Assembly: GCA_047285805.1 (NCBI GenBank)
Contig: JBJBCN010000002.1
Coordinates: 640,001-704,000, forward strand
Reading direction: 5' to 3'
DNA length: 64,000 bases
Source of the DNA: Synechococcus sp.
GTDB lineage: Bacteria; Cyanobacteriota; Cyanobacteriia; PCC-6307; Cyanobiaceae
The position numbers and the translations under genes were made by a program. The first letter of the stretch is position 1. Each line of letters begins with the position of its first letter. The notes beneath the pieces were generated by a model that was not told the DNA's origin, made no database searches, and saw only the letters and a list, made by a program, of their open reading frames with translations. Shown here one piece after another: positions 1 through 10,127 of this stretch.

Positions 1-1624
1 CCAGGCTGAAGTGGGCGGCAGGCTTGGTCCCCATCAATCCGCGGCTCAAGCAGCGCTTGATCGCGGAGTAGCGAACCGCTCCATCGGGCAGGGCCTCCAG
101 CTCCGCCTTCGTTGGAAGTTCCGCCGGCAGTTGGCTTCGGAATGGCAGGGCAAGCTCCCGTTTCTTGGCCAATTCCGCGGTGACCGCACCAGCCAAGATC
201 ATCGCTTCAGCCACCATCTGGCGCGAGCTGCTCGGCTCCGTCACATCCAGCTGCGCTTCTCCATCACGGCAACGGATCCGTCCCTCCGGAAGGTCCATCT
301 GCAGGGCCCCCTGGGCCAAGCGCCAGGTCCGCCGACGACCCAAGAGAGCTTCAAGATCGGCCAGATCACTGTCCTGCGGTGGAGCCAGCTCGATGAGCTC
401 GTCGGCGTCTTCGTAGCTCAGGCGATAGATCGGCTTGATCCAACTGCGCTCCACACCAAAGCCGGCCAAGGAACCGTCATCGTTCAGCTCAGCCCAGGTG
501 CTCCAAGCCGCCGTGCGCCGGCCAGCACGCAAGCTGAAGACACCAGTGGCGAGGTTCTCCGGGAACATCGGCACATTACCCTTAGCCAAATAGAGGCTGC
601 TCCCGCGCTTGCGTGCTTCAAGGTCCAGGGGCGAACCGGCTTCGATCAGTCGTCCTGGGTCAGCAATGTGGATCCATATGCGCGTGGGCCCTGCCGCGGT
701 TGTCTCGATCGAGAGACCATCATCAATGTCACGGGTGTCCGCATCGTCGATGGTCACACAGCGCTGGCCGGTTAGATCTAAGCGGTCGGCATCGCTTGGC
801 TGCTCTTGGCTCGCCTCCTGCTCGAGCCGTTGGGCCTCTTGGAGGAGTTCCTCGGAGAAGCCACTGTTCCAGACGGTTCCCTCCAACGAGACCAGCTGGT
901 GGGGGTCCCATTGCCCCAGATCCACAAGGAGGTGACGCAACTGACTGCGCTCCTGGCATAGGTGCAGTTGGCTCAAGCTCTGGCGAATCCCCTCTGGTAG
1001 CTGCTCCAACTCAAGCCGTCCGCTGGCGACCTGTTTGAGCAATTCCAACCGTTCCAGCTGCAGAGCGCTGCAGTTGTTGGGCTCGATTTGCTGCCTTTGT
1101 TTGAGCAGCAGGTGCCATTGGCGTTCAGCTGCCGCAACAATCGCCTGGCGCCGGCGTTCACGCCGGAGCGGTTTCAGCTCTTCCAGACACCGGGCATGCA
1201 CAGAGGTGTGCTTCCAGCGGAACCACTGTTGCTCTCCCACCAAGGCCAACCAGCAGGCGCAGAGCTGGATTGGCTCCGTCGATCCGTAAACGAGATCGCA
1301 GAACTCGTGCAAGTCCAACCTTTCGCCGGTTTCTTGGAGCAGCAACCAGGCAGAGCCCCAAGCTGAGGGTCGCGGTTTCGCCTCACTGAGGGCCTCACGG
1401 TTCAGAGCCCACGGAAATGCCCCCAGCCGCTGCGGTGCGTAGGCACCTGCGGGCAGGGGGCAAATCAGCTCGAGTCTTCTCTGAGGGACGACCTGTTGCT
1501 TTGAGTCAAAACCCACCCTGAGCCGCACCTTGCTGCCCTGGACGGATTCGACAATGGCTAAATTAGGGGTGCGGGACTCATTCAGACCGACGAGATCGCC
1601 GCTGTGGAAGACCGCACTGCCCAG
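1..1624 (-). CDS. rnb: RNB-domain exoribonuclease (RNase II/R family), 3' end runs off the window; start uncertain (CTG 1624 or GTG 1528)
   Basis: Not in the ORF track. My translation gives the catalytic motif TIDDADTRDIDDGLSI and, near the window edge, KRCLSRGLMGTKPAAHFSL. Directly follows rpsR. Confidence 0.88.
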   Translation of the reverse strand, partial: MGSAVFHSGDLVGLNESRTPNLAIVESVQGSKVRLRVGFDSKQQVVPQRRLELICPLPAGAYAPQRLGAFPWALNREALSEAKPRPSAWGSAWLLLQETGERLDLHEFCDLVYGSTEPIQLCACWLALVGEQQWFRWKHTSVHARCLEELKPLRRERRRQAIVAAAERQWHLLLKQRQQIEPNNCSALQLERLELLKQVASGRLELEQLPEGIRQSLSQLHLCQERSQLRHLLVDLGQWDPHQLVSLEGTVWNSGFSEELLQEAQRLEQEASQEQPSDADRLDLTGQRCVTIDDADTRDIDDGLSIETTAAGPTRIWIHIADPGRLIEAGSPLDLEARKRGSSLYLAKGNVPMFPENLATGVFSLRAGRRTAAWSTWAELNDDGSLAGFGVERSWIKPIYRLSYEDADELIELAPPQDSDLADLEALLGRRRTWRLAQGALQMDLPEGRIRCRDGEAQLDVTEPSSSRQMVAEAMILAGAVTAELAKKRELALPFRSQLPAELPTKAELEALPDGAVRYSAIKRCLSRGLMGTKPAAHFSL

Positions 1625-1627
1625 TGG

Positions 1628-1849
1628 TCAGCCCTCGGGGTTGACGAACGGAAGAAGAGCCACGATGCGAGCGCGCTTCACCGCGTTAGTCAGATCACGC
1701 TGTTGCTTGGCTGTGAGGCCAGTCAGACGGCGGGGCAAGATTTTGCCGCGCTCGGTGATGAACTTCTTGAGCAGATCGACATCCTTGTAATCGATCGGTT
1801 CACCGGGCTTGATCGGTGAAAGGCGTTTCTTGAAAAAGGAACTAGGCAT
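1628..1849 (-). CDS. rpsR: 30S ribosomal protein S18
   Basis: [26 protein letters not shown]...[13 protein letters not shown]. Confidence 0.98.
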   Translation of the reverse strand: MPSSFFKKRLSPIKPGEPIDYKDVDLLKKFITERGKILPRRLTGLTAKQQRDLTNAVKRARIVALLPFVNPEG

Positions 1850-1896
1850 GACTGAACGGGGAGGAAATGCAGAGCGCGGAGATCACGCCTCAGAGA

Positions 1897-2091
1897 TCAC
1901 TTGATCTCTTTGTGGACCGTCGACTTGTTGCAATGCGGGCAGAACTTTTTGAGTTCAATCCGTTCAGTGGTGTTGCGGCGGTTCTTCTGGCTGGTGTAAC
2001 GAGACACACCAGGAGACCGCTTCGCGGGGTTGGACCGGCATTCCGTGCACTCGAGAGTGATCACGATCCGGACGCCCTTGTTCTTAGCCAT
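1897..2091 (-). CDS. rpmG: 50S ribosomal protein L33 (form with two CxxC motifs)
   Basis: [18 protein letters not shown]...[23 protein letters not shown] at 2091 (C-terminal part of track ORF 1897..2385). Confidence 0.97.
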   Translation of the reverse strand: MAKNKGVRIVITLECTECRSNPAKRSPGVSRYTSQKNRRNTTERIELKKFCPHCNKSTVHKEIK

Positions 2092-2207
2092 AAAGGACGT
2101 TGCGCCGCTGGAGCGATGCGATTGGACAGTTGACAACCATACCTTGTCGCCTGAACAGGCCTGGCGTCTTGCCTCTTTAAAGTCGAGGCTCTGTTTGCCC
2201 GTGTCCG

Positions 2208-4670
2208 ATGCAGGTCTCGCTCCAATGGCTCCGGGAGCTGGTGGCCTGTGATCTGGCAGCCGATGTTCTTGCTGAGAAGCTCTCGATTGCGGGCTTCGAG
2301 GTGGAAGAGATCGTCGATTTGGCAGCTTGGGCAGCGGGGGTGCTGGTCGGCTATGTCGAGCAACGAGAGCCCCATCCCGATGCAAACAAGCTCAGCGTTT
2401 GCACCGTCGCCATTGGTGCAGATGCGCCGCTGCAAATCGTCTGCGGCGCCAAGAACGTCCGCGCCGGGATTCACGTGGCGGTCGCCACCGTGGGTGCCTA
2501 TCTGCCGGCGGTTGATCTCAAGATCAAGCCGGCGGAACTGCGCGGGGTCGCCAGCCGCGGCATGATCTGCTCGCTGTCCGAACTGGGGCTCGCCGACAGT
2601 TCGGACGGCATCGTCATCCTCGATGACGCTCTGGAAACCTTGCCCCCCGTGGGGAGTCCAGTTGGGCCCCTGTTTGGCCTCGACGATCAGGTTCTGGACT
2701 TGGCGATTACGGCGAATCGCCCCGATGGCCTCTCAATGCTGGGCATCGCGCGTGAGGTGGCGGCCCTGACCGGTGCCGCCCTCAGCCTGCCTGCACCATC
2801 AGCCCCTATCGCGTCATCACCCCTAGCCGTCGCCGCTGACGTCCAAGAAAGAATTGAAGAGGGCGGGCTGTTCAGCCTGACAGCCCTTTCTGGCGTACAG
2901 GTTCGGCCCTCTCCCAGTTGGCTCCAGTGCCGGCTGGAGCGTGCGGGTCTCCGCCCGATAAACAACGTAGTCGACATTACCAATTTGGTGATGCTGGAAC
3001 AGGGACAGCCCCTGCATGCCTTTGACGCAGACCGTCTCGCACGACTGAGTGAAAACGGGTTGGATCCCGCCGCGATTGACCTGCGGGCTGGACGCGCCGG
3101 AGAAGCATTCACCACCCTCGACGGCACAGACCACACCCTCAGCGAGGAGGCATGGGTGGTCAGCTATGCGGATCACCCGATCGCCTTAGCCGGCGTCATG
3201 GGCGGCCAAAACAGCGCCGTCGATGGCGAGACGACCTCGATTTTGATTGAAGCGGCGATGTTTGCGCCCCAGACGGTGCGCAAGAGTGCCCGCAGCCTTG
3301 GCCTCCGCACGGACGCCAGCAGCCGGTTCGAAAAGGGGTTGCCGGTCGAAGTGACCCTGAGCGCGGCTGATCGCGCGGTCGCGCTCTTGCAAGAGCTCTG
3401 TGGCGCGACTGTTGATAATCGCTGGTTGCATCAACGGAACGAAGGGGATAGAGAGCCGCTGGAGCTACGCCGCGATGCGCTGCACAACCTGCTCGGCCCC
3501 GTCGCGAAAGAAGACGGCGGAGAGGAGGATCTTGCCGATGAGGTGGTTGAACGGATCCTTCGAGCCCTCGGATGCAGCCTCGATCAGGCTGAGGAGGGCT
3601 GGCTGGTGCACGTCCCCCCCGCTCGTGCCATGGACCTGCAGCGGGAGGTGGACCTGATTGAAGAGGTGGCCCGTTTGGTGGGCTATGACCACTTCGCGAG
3701 TCATCTGCCCGATCCTATTGCCCCCGGTGGTCTGACCCCGATGCAGGAGGCCGAACGTCGCCTGCGTCGCTTATTGGCTGCCTCTGGCCTACAGGAGCTC
3801 ATCAGCCTCTCCCTCGGCCCAGCAGAAGCCGAACGTCCCGGTGCTGATCCGAGTCAGCGTGTGCCACTGGCGAACCCGTTGCTGGCGGACTACAGCCACT
3901 TACGGGACAGCCTTGTCGACGAGTTGTTGTTCGCAGCTCAGCGGAACCTGAAAGCTGGTCGAAGTGGCTTCTGGGCCTTCGAGATCGGCAATGTGTTTGA
4001 TGCAACGGCCAAAGGTTCCCTTCAAAGCCAGCACCTGGCCGGGCTGATCTGCGGTTCCCGCCAGGCCGAGCTTTGGAGCCAGAGCGGCAAGCCCCAGGCC
4101 CCGGCCTACTTCAGCGCCCGCGGTCTCCTTCAATCCGCACTGGCGGGACTACATCTACCCGTTGAGGACCGTCGCCTGAGTGAGCATCCGCTGCTCCACC
4201 CTGGGCGCGCGGCAGAGATTGTTGTGGAGGGGCGTCAGGCCGGTTTCTTTGGCCAAGTGCACCCCGAGCTGGCCGAGCAGTTCGACTTACCGCTCGCGAC
4301 CTATCTGTTCCAGTTAGAGGTCGCTCCTTTGCTGAGCGCCGCGACGCGCCGCAACCGCTGGCAGCCCAGCTATGTCCCCTTTGCAACAGTGCCGTCCTCC
4401 GAACGGGACCTGGCACTGGTCGTCAACGCGGAGACTGCGAGTGCCCAGCTCCTTAATGCGATCCGCAAAGCGGGTAAGCCCCTACTGGAGCGAGCCGAAT
4501 TGATGGATCGCTACGACGGAGAACAGCTGGCGGCCGGCTCATGCAGCCAGGCCTTCCGTCTCCGCTACCGAGATCCCAAGCGGACTCTCGAGGACAGCGA
4601 GGTGGACGAGGCCCACGCCAAGATCCGGGCAGCCCTCGAAAAGCAATTCGGAGCCCAGTTACGCGCCTGA
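2208..4670 (+). CDS. pheT: Phenylalanyl-tRNA synthetase beta subunit
   Basis: 820 aa; [50 protein letters not shown]-terminal anticodon-binding domain. Confidence 0.98.
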   Translation: MQVSLQWLRELVACDLAADVLAEKLSIAGFEVEEIVDLAAWAAGVLVGYVEQREPHPDANKLSVCTVAIGADAPLQIVCGAKNVRAGIHVAVATVGAYLPAVDLKIKPAELRGVASRGMICSLSELGLADSSDGIVILDDALETLPPVGSPVGPLFGLDDQVLDLAITANRPDGLSMLGIAREVAALTGAALSLPAPSAPIASSPLAVAADVQERIEEGGLFSLTALSGVQVRPSPSWLQCRLERAGLRPINNVVDITNLVMLEQGQPLHAFDADRLARLSENGLDPAAIDLRAGRAGEAFTTLDGTDHTLSEEAWVVSYADHPIALAGVMGGQNSAVDGETTSILIEAAMFAPQTVRKSARSLGLRTDASSRFEKGLPVEVTLSAADRAVALLQELCGATVDNRWLHQRNEGDREPLELRRDALHNLLGPVAKEDGGEEDLADEVVERILRALGCSLDQAEEGWLVHVPPARAMDLQREVDLIEEVARLVGYDHFASHLPDPIAPGGLTPMQEAERRLRRLLAASGLQELISLSLGPAEAERPGADPSQRVPLANPLLADYSHLRDSLVDELLFAAQRNLKAGRSGFWAFEIGNVFDATAKGSLQSQHLAGLICGSRQAELWSQSGKPQAPAYFSARGLLQSALAGLHLPVEDRRLSEHPLLHPGRAAEIVVEGRQAGFFGQVHPELAEQFDLPLATYLFQLEVAPLLSAATRRNRWQPSYVPFATVPSSERDLALVVNAETASAQLLNAIRKAGKPLLERAELMDRYDGEQLAAGSCSQAFRLRYRDPKRTLEDSEVDEAHAKIRAALEKQFGAQLRA

Positions 4671-6038
4671 CCCCGACTGGGTCAGTAGCGCCAGGGTCTC
4701 CACGTGGCTGGTCTGCGGGAAGAAATCAACGGGCTGGACCCGTTCGAGCTGGAAGCCGCCGTCTTCGCAGCACAGCTGCTGCAGATCCCTGGCCAGTGTT
4801 GAGGGATTGCAACTGATGTAGGCAAGTCGCTCGGGCTTGCCGTCGAGGATTGCGGCAAGGGCTTCAGCGCTGAGCCCTTTGCGGGGCGGGTCGACAAGCA
4901 GGGAACCCGTCATTTTCAATCGATCAGCCAGCACCATTGCCACATCGGCTTGCTCGAAGAAGGCCGTCGTAATTTGGTTACGTTCAGCATTGGCTGTGGC
5001 TTGGCTGACGGAAGAGGGATGGACCTCCAGACCCAAAACCTTGAGGCCCGAACGGGCTAGGGGGAGGCTGTAGGTCCCGATGCCGCTATAAGCATCAATC
5101 ACCGTGGCGCTTGGACCCGTGGCGAAGAACGCCCGCAGCGGCTGAACAAGACGCTCGGCCTGCGGCGTATTGATCTGGAAGAAGGTATCAGCCGCGATGC
5201 GCAGTTCGATGCCGTCAAAGATTTCAAGCAACCAAGACCGCCCTGCAATCAGGTCCGTCTCTGGTCCCATGACCACATTGGAGGCCTTGGGTTGCACGTT
5301 GAGACAAACGCCGACGACCACCGGCCAACGCTCCATCCAGCGCTGCGCCAACGTCTCCAGTCCTTTGAGCTGGCGGTGACTGCTGATCAGGGTGATCAGG
5401 ATTTCCCCCGTGGCCGAGCCCACACGCAGGGCTAAGTGGCGCAAGCCACCTTGGCCACTCAGATTCACATCGACGGGCCAGCGGGTTTTCTCGAGATCGC
5501 GTTTGATGGGCTCAATCAGTCCATCGATTCGTGGATCGAGAACCGGGCAGTGGTTGAGGTTAACGATCTTGTGGCTACCGCGGCGGTAGTAACCGGCCCG
5601 AAAGTGGCCATCTTCAGCCCGCTCGAGTGGAATCAGGGCTCGATTGCGGTAGCCAAGGATGTCCTCGCAACCCCAGACAGGCTCGACCGCCACATCCAAA
5701 TTGGCTAGCCGACTCAAGCATTGTTGGACGAGATCCCGCTTCAGGTCCAGCTGCATCGATGCCGAGGCGTGTTGCAGGCTGCAGCCACCACATCGCTCCG
5801 TAAGGATGCATGGGGTCTTCTGACGCTCTGCGTGGGCCCGTGTGACCTCGATCAGCTCGGCCTCAAGATGTCGCTTGGCGCAGCGGCGCACCCGGGCCTG
5901 AACGGTTTCACCAGGGAGTGCCCCCGGAATGAAAACGGCGGTCTCATTCCAGCGGCCCACCCCCTGTCCGTCATGGCCGAAACCGGTGACCTCCACCGTG
6001 ATGGATGTGCCCAATTGCACCTTGTTGACACCCATCAC
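4659..6038 (-). CDS. rlmD: 23S rRNA m5U1939 methyltransferase (RlmD/RumA)
   Basis: TRAM domain, Fe-S motif C..CGGCSLQH, FFQIN, DAYSGIG, VDPPRKG, YISCNPSTLARD, DFFPQTSHVE. Confidence 0.93.
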   Translation of the reverse strand: MMGVNKVQLGTSITVEVTGFGHDGQGVGRWNETAVFIPGALPGETVQARVRRCAKRHLEAELIEVTRAHAERQKTPCILTERCGGCSLQHASASMQLDLKRDLVQQCLSRLANLDVAVEPVWGCEDILGYRNRALIPLERAEDGHFRAGYYRRGSHKIVNLNHCPVLDPRIDGLIEPIKRDLEKTRWPVDVNLSGQGGLRHLALRVGSATGEILITLISSHRQLKGLETLAQRWMERWPVVVGVCLNVQPKASNVVMGPETDLIAGRSWLLEIFDGIELRIAADTFFQINTPQAERLVQPLRAFFATGPSATVIDAYSGIGTYSLPLARSGLKVLGLEVHPSSVSQATANAERNQITTAFFEQADVAMVLADRLKMTGSLLVDPPRKGLSAEALAAILDGKPERLAYISCNPSTLARDLQQLCCEDGGFQLERVQPVDFFPQTSHVETLALLTQSGSGA

Positions 6039-6143
6039 CCTCTTGCCGTCCTTCTTTGACCCTATCGGTGCGTAAACACCTTCTCGGAGCGGGGCTTTTC
6101 AGTACTCGTCCTCGATACAGTGTCGTGGTCAATGGTGGTTTCG

Positions 6144-6638
6144 ATGAGCGTCGTACGCGATCTGATTCTTCAGGCAGACGATGAGCTCCGCTATCCCACC
6201 GGCGGTGAGCTGCGCTCCATGGTGGATTTCCTCTCCACCGGCTCCGACCGCCTCTCGGTTGTGCGTGTCCTGACCGACAACGAGAAGAAGATCGTTGACG
6301 AGGCGTCCAAGCAACTCTTCAGTCGGAAGCCCGAATACGTTGCCCCCGGTGGCAATTCCTATGGAGCCAAGCAGCGTGCCCAGTGCCTGCGTGACTTCGG
6401 ATGGTATCTCCGGCTCGTCACCTACGGCCTCCTTGCGGGCAGCACCGAGCTGATTCAGAAGATCGGCCTCGAAGGTGCACGTGAGATGTACAACAGTCTC
6501 GGCGTCCCGATGCCTGGCATGGTTGAAGCCATGCGTTGCATGAAAGATGCATCACTCGTACTTCTGAATGCCGAAGATGCTGCTGTCGCGGCTCCTTACT
6601 TCGATTTCCTGATCCAAGGCATGCAGACCCCCTGCTGA
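6144..6638 (+). CDS. apcD: Allophycocyanin alpha-B subunit
   Basis: [23 protein letters not shown], chromophore Cys in [31 protein letters not shown]; stands alone, outside apcAB. Confidence 0.92.
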   Translation: MSVVRDLILQADDELRYPTGGELRSMVDFLSTGSDRLSVVRVLTDNEKKIVDEASKQLFSRKPEYVAPGGNSYGAKQRAQCLRDFGWYLRLVTYGLLAGSTELIQKIGLEGAREMYNSLGVPMPGMVEAMRCMKDASLVLLNAEDAAVAAPYFDFLIQGMQTPC

Positions 6639-6665
6639 TCCTTCCCTCAAATCTTGCTGTTCATG

Positions 6666-6688
6666 GCCGGCGGGAGCCGGCTTTTTTT
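6666..6688 (+). terminator. Rho-independent terminator of apcD
   Basis: GCCGGC-GGGA-GCCGGC followed by T7. Confidence 0.85.
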
Positions 6689-6690
6689 AT

Positions 6691-7290
6691 TCCGACTCAT
6701 TTTCTTCAGAGTATTAGCTGAGTCGTGCGATGCGTCTAAGGCAGAGAAGCCGACGATACAGGTGATAAGTCACAAAAAATGTGAGCATGCGCCGTGTAGT
6801 CACATTTGTCGGGTACTAGGCGAAGAACGAGACTAGGAGACAGTCTTGCCTGAGAGAGTTGAGACCTACCCTGGCGGGGACTCCCGTTACGGGCACCATC
6901 GTGCGCGTCGCATTCTCCCTTCGCAGGCAATGGTCAACCTGGGCTCATCAGCGCATCTAGCATGGGACTAAGTAGACTCAGTCGGGCATGGCTCGTACGA
7001 GGCAAAAAGGCAGTAGTAAAAGCCGAGCATCTGTGTCTATAGCAGGTACGCGAGAACCGTTGCCCTTCCTGCACCTGGGTTTATCGCTACTGTCCACTGC
7101 CCTGGACAAGGCCTCTACCACTCCAGGACACGAAAATGATGGTGGTCGATCAATGATCGAAAGGAATGGGGCTTGCGCGGCTGAAATCGCTGCCGAATAC
7201 CTATGTATAAAGATCTTGCGCTGAGCTGCTTTACTCTCCCGCATAGGTCACATGCCTAGACAAGGTCTGGGTCTTAGTTGCGACTTATGA
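6691..7290. other. About 600-nt non-coding, lower-GC, hairpin-rich segment of unknown nature
   Basis: Hand count 316/600 GC (~53%), clearly below flanking genes; no convincing ORF; several inverted repeats; TTAT at 6687-6690 and 7285-7288. Confidence 0.5.
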
Positions 7291-8361
7291 TCAGGCGGCG
7301 TCTCGATAGCGCTCCTTGAGGAATTGGTAAGCCTCGTTCAGACGACGCATGGCATCGGCTGAACCACCGGCATCGGGATGATGGCTGACGGCCTGGGCAC
7401 GGTAGGCCTCGCGAATCTCCCGGAGGCTGTAGGGGCGATCAGCCACGGTGGCCAGCTGCAGCATCTTCAGCGCGCTGTGCACGTTCATGCTGTTGTCGAT
7501 CGCATCGAAGGAGGTGCTGCGTTTGTTGCGGCTGCGATGGCGTTGGACAAACCGTGTAATCAAGCTGGGCACACGAGCGGGCAAGGTCGAACCCCCAAAG
7601 GGATCCTCCAGGATGCCAGCGGCGACGATGACCCTCTCGAGGCTTGGTTGAGCCTCGGTCCAGTCGGGCGCATAGGAATAAATGACCTGCTGCACCAGGT
7701 TCCAGCCAAACGGTCTGCCGTCGCTGTCGAGGGACTGGGGCCAGATGTCCCGAGCGAGCCACACCATGGAGGCTTCTAGAGCGGCGGGTGTTGGTGCCTG
7801 GCTGTAGACCTCGTTCCAGTGCTGGAGTGCCTGTTGGATCGCAAGGTCGAGTTCGGCGCCGTGAATCAGGGCCAACGTCGTGTCCGGGTTTGTTGAGCGC
7901 GCTGGAGCCTCCAGGGTCTGCTTGACCCGTTTGGCCTGTTTGCGCACGAAACCGGGGAGCTGAATGCCGCTGCAGGCAGCACTCGTCGCCGGAGGATCAA
8001 CTGGCGTCTCTGCTGTCTCAGGCGAGTCCCGTGACTGGTCCGGCCGCGAGACTAGTCCGGAATGCACGAGAACGATTGAAACATCTTCGTTCAGCAGTGT
8101 CTGAGGTTCCTCGGTTTCGGGCTCGCTTGAGTCCAACGAATCCTCGCCGAGCCCTGCCGCGCCTTTAACCTCCTGCCGCGCTTGTGCGTACTCGCCCTCG
8201 GGGTTGGCGCCGTAATCTCCCCTCACCTCCTGGAGGAGCCGCTCAACCAGATCACCGCGGCTTCGCAGTCCCAGCTGACCCTTGAGGCCGTCGATCCAGC
8301 TCAACAGTTCCTCGCTGAGTTCCAGCGAGATCCGGCGTTTGTCGGTCTCTCGCTGGCTCAC
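7291..8361 (-). CDS. J-domain protein with N-terminal ribbon-helix-helix-like region
   Basis: C-terminal IREAYRAQAVSHHPDAGGSADAMRRLNEAY (HPD motif); N-terminal KRRISLELSEELLSWIDGLKGQLGLRSRGDLVERLL. Confidence 0.85.
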   Translation of the reverse strand: MSQRETDKRRISLELSEELLSWIDGLKGQLGLRSRGDLVERLLQEVRGDYGANPEGEYAQARQEVKGAAGLGEDSLDSSEPETEEPQTLLNEDVSIVLVHSGLVSRPDQSRDSPETAETPVDPPATSAACSGIQLPGFVRKQAKRVKQTLEAPARSTNPDTTLALIHGAELDLAIQQALQHWNEVYSQAPTPAALEASMVWLARDIWPQSLDSDGRPFGWNLVQQVIYSYAPDWTEAQPSLERVIVAAGILEDPFGGSTLPARVPSLITRFVQRHRSRNKRSTSFDAIDNSMNVHSALKMLQLATVADRPYSLREIREAYRAQAVSHHPDAGGSADAMRRLNEAYQFLKERYRDAA

Positions 8362-8386
8362 GCAGGCTCGGGAACTGTCCTTGAGG

Positions 8387-9952
8387 TTATCGACCTAAGA
8401 GGGTGTTAATCATCTTTTGTTGGGCCTCCACCGCTCCTTGATAGCGGAGCATCAGGCTCTCGCTCATCCGGGTCGGACTGATGACAGCGGCTGAGACTCC
8501 ATCCAGGTTGGGCAGTTCAGGTGGAGCTTGGAGCCACTGCGGCGGTGTCACAAGCGCTGGTGCAGCCGGACGAATGGTGACGGGTTCAAAGGCCGAGGGA
8601 GCTCTGGCGGCGACGGGTTCCGCGGGTGCAACGAGCTTTACGGCGAGGTCTGAAGCCTCCACCAAGGGTTCCCTCTGTTTGAGCTGCGCCAGTTGCTGAT
8701 CGGGAACGACACTGAGCAGATGTCCAGGAGTGGCATCCGCAGGGTAGACGAGGCTTACTTTGATCGGATTCACTTGCCCCGGCTTGAGGTAAAGATCGGC
8801 AATGGGCAGGCTCTGGCCTGATTTCATGCCGACATGCACTTCCTGGTAGCCATCCACAGTTTCAATGCGAATCGATCCGCGGAAAGCTGTGAAGCGCCTG
8901 CGACCATTAACTGTCGGATGGCTCAAGACCAACTGGTGGGGGCCTGAACCCTTCAGGTTCATGGCGACTTCAAAGAGCACCCCATAGGTGCCCACATTGT
9001 TGAGGGACGAGTCGACCATCCGGGTCGCCAGAGGATTGATTTGAACCTCTCCGGTGCCGAAGTGATGGCGGTTTGTGCTCGTCAGGGGGACGTGCAGGGC
9101 ACCTTGCTGCAGATCGTGGTACAGGCTGGCGCTGTACTCATCGCCAATGGCAACACCTGCCACCCGTGAGAACACTGTTCCATTTTCAATTTGGCGGATT
9201 CGGCTGAGGTATACCCGGCCTGGAGCCAAGCGACCTTGATCCAGCACGGCCATCAAATCTCCTTCAGTTTGAGGGTCTTCCGCGGCGATAACAGCCATCT
9301 GGAAAGGCCCGTCACTGAATCCCTTCAGCAACGCGTTGGCGATGCCTTTGGCCGGTAGTTGGGTGCTGAAGAGCACCACTCTGCTGTGGGCTGGAATCGT
9401 GATCTCGTCGGCCAGTTTTCGATCGAGCTTCCCGCGCAGCATTTGCACGGCAGTCGCGTCACCAGGGCCCGTATTCCATGGTCTATGCCCCAGGGGCTTC
9501 ACACCCATCAAGTTGTTCGCCTGATAAGGGGCCTCGAAGCTGTTGCGAACCGCTCCTTTCTGAAAGCGGATGTGAACCGGTTGGCTGGATGGGTTGATCA
9601 GGAGGGTGGCCAGGGTCAGTTCGCCGCGGGGGCCGCCAACGCTGCCCATCCGAGTTTTGTCGTGGGGGTTGTACTTGTGATGAACGTGAATGCCGAACTC
9701 ACCGTTAAACGTGTAAGTGGCATTCGCAAGAGGGGCTCCGGTTTCCGACGAGATGCTTTGGCCGGGGATCGTCGTGACCAAGATCCCGGGACCGTGCACC
9801 TCCTCGGGCTGGTTCGAGTGCAGGACGGGGACGGTATTGAACCGGCCCTGGAGCGGCTTGGCTTGCTGGCCAGTCATCAAGGCTACGTCTGCCCAGGCAT
9901 GGCAGGGAGCTACCAAGACGCCACCGAGAAGAACAATCGCTAGGGGCCTCAT
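8387..9952 (-). CDS. DUF3370-like exported protein
   Basis: Signal-peptide-like start; VPVLHSNQPEEVHGPGILVTT, NTGPGDATA, YPADATPGHLL. Confidence 0.75.
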   Translation of the reverse strand: MRPLAIVLLGGVLVAPCHAWADVALMTGQQAKPLQGRFNTVPVLHSNQPEEVHGPGILVTTIPGQSISSETGAPLANATYTFNGEFGIHVHHKYNPHDKTRMGSVGGPRGELTLATLLINPSSQPVHIRFQKGAVRNSFEAPYQANNLMGVKPLGHRPWNTGPGDATAVQMLRGKLDRKLADEITIPAHSRVVLFSTQLPAKGIANALLKGFSDGPFQMAVIAAEDPQTEGDLMAVLDQGRLAPGRVYLSRIRQIENGTVFSRVAGVAIGDEYSASLYHDLQQGALHVPLTSTNRHHFGTGEVQINPLATRMVDSSLNNVGTYGVLFEVAMNLKGSGPHQLVLSHPTVNGRRRFTAFRGSIRIETVDGYQEVHVGMKSGQSLPIADLYLKPGQVNPIKVSLVYPADATPGHLLSVVPDQQLAQLKQREPLVEASDLAVKLVAPAEPVAARAPSAFEPVTIRPAAPALVTPPQWLQAPPELPNLDGVSAAVISPTRMSESLMLRYQGAVEAQQKMINTLLGR

Positions 9953-10127
9953 CAGACCTGTGGGACCAACTGCTCTCAACGTGCGATTGATTGGCGGAGG
10001 GGTGCGTCGCTGTGCGGAATTCTTTTATCTCCGACTGATCGAAATCAACACAGTTCGTGGTTGCCCTGACCCCTCGTCGCGGGAAACCGCAGCTGCTGGC
10101 TAGAACGGCACGGAGAGTCCATTCTCC

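Noticed and set aside
11..775. Long antisense ORFs (11..775, 16502..17329, 29770..30744, 34680..35525, 42780..43781, 52582..53523 and similar)
   Set aside because: Shadow frames of well-supported genes in GC-rich DNA
6915..6968. Hammerhead-like CTGATGAG on the minus strand
   Set aside because: Partner is GAAG rather than GAAA, there is no NUH site, and the stems are marginal
6829..6985. Group I intron P7-like GACTA...AGTC motifs, two copies
   Set aside because: The halves are only 7-10 nt apart, leaving no room for P3/P8; no other core elements seen
6654..7244. Short ORFs of 60-88 aa in the post-apcD segment
   Set aside because: No motifs, atypical codon usage, overlapping on both strands
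6725..7290. Group II intron (GTGCG at 6725)
   Set aside because: No domain V (AGC/CGC triad hairpin) or domain VI found, and no interrupted gene
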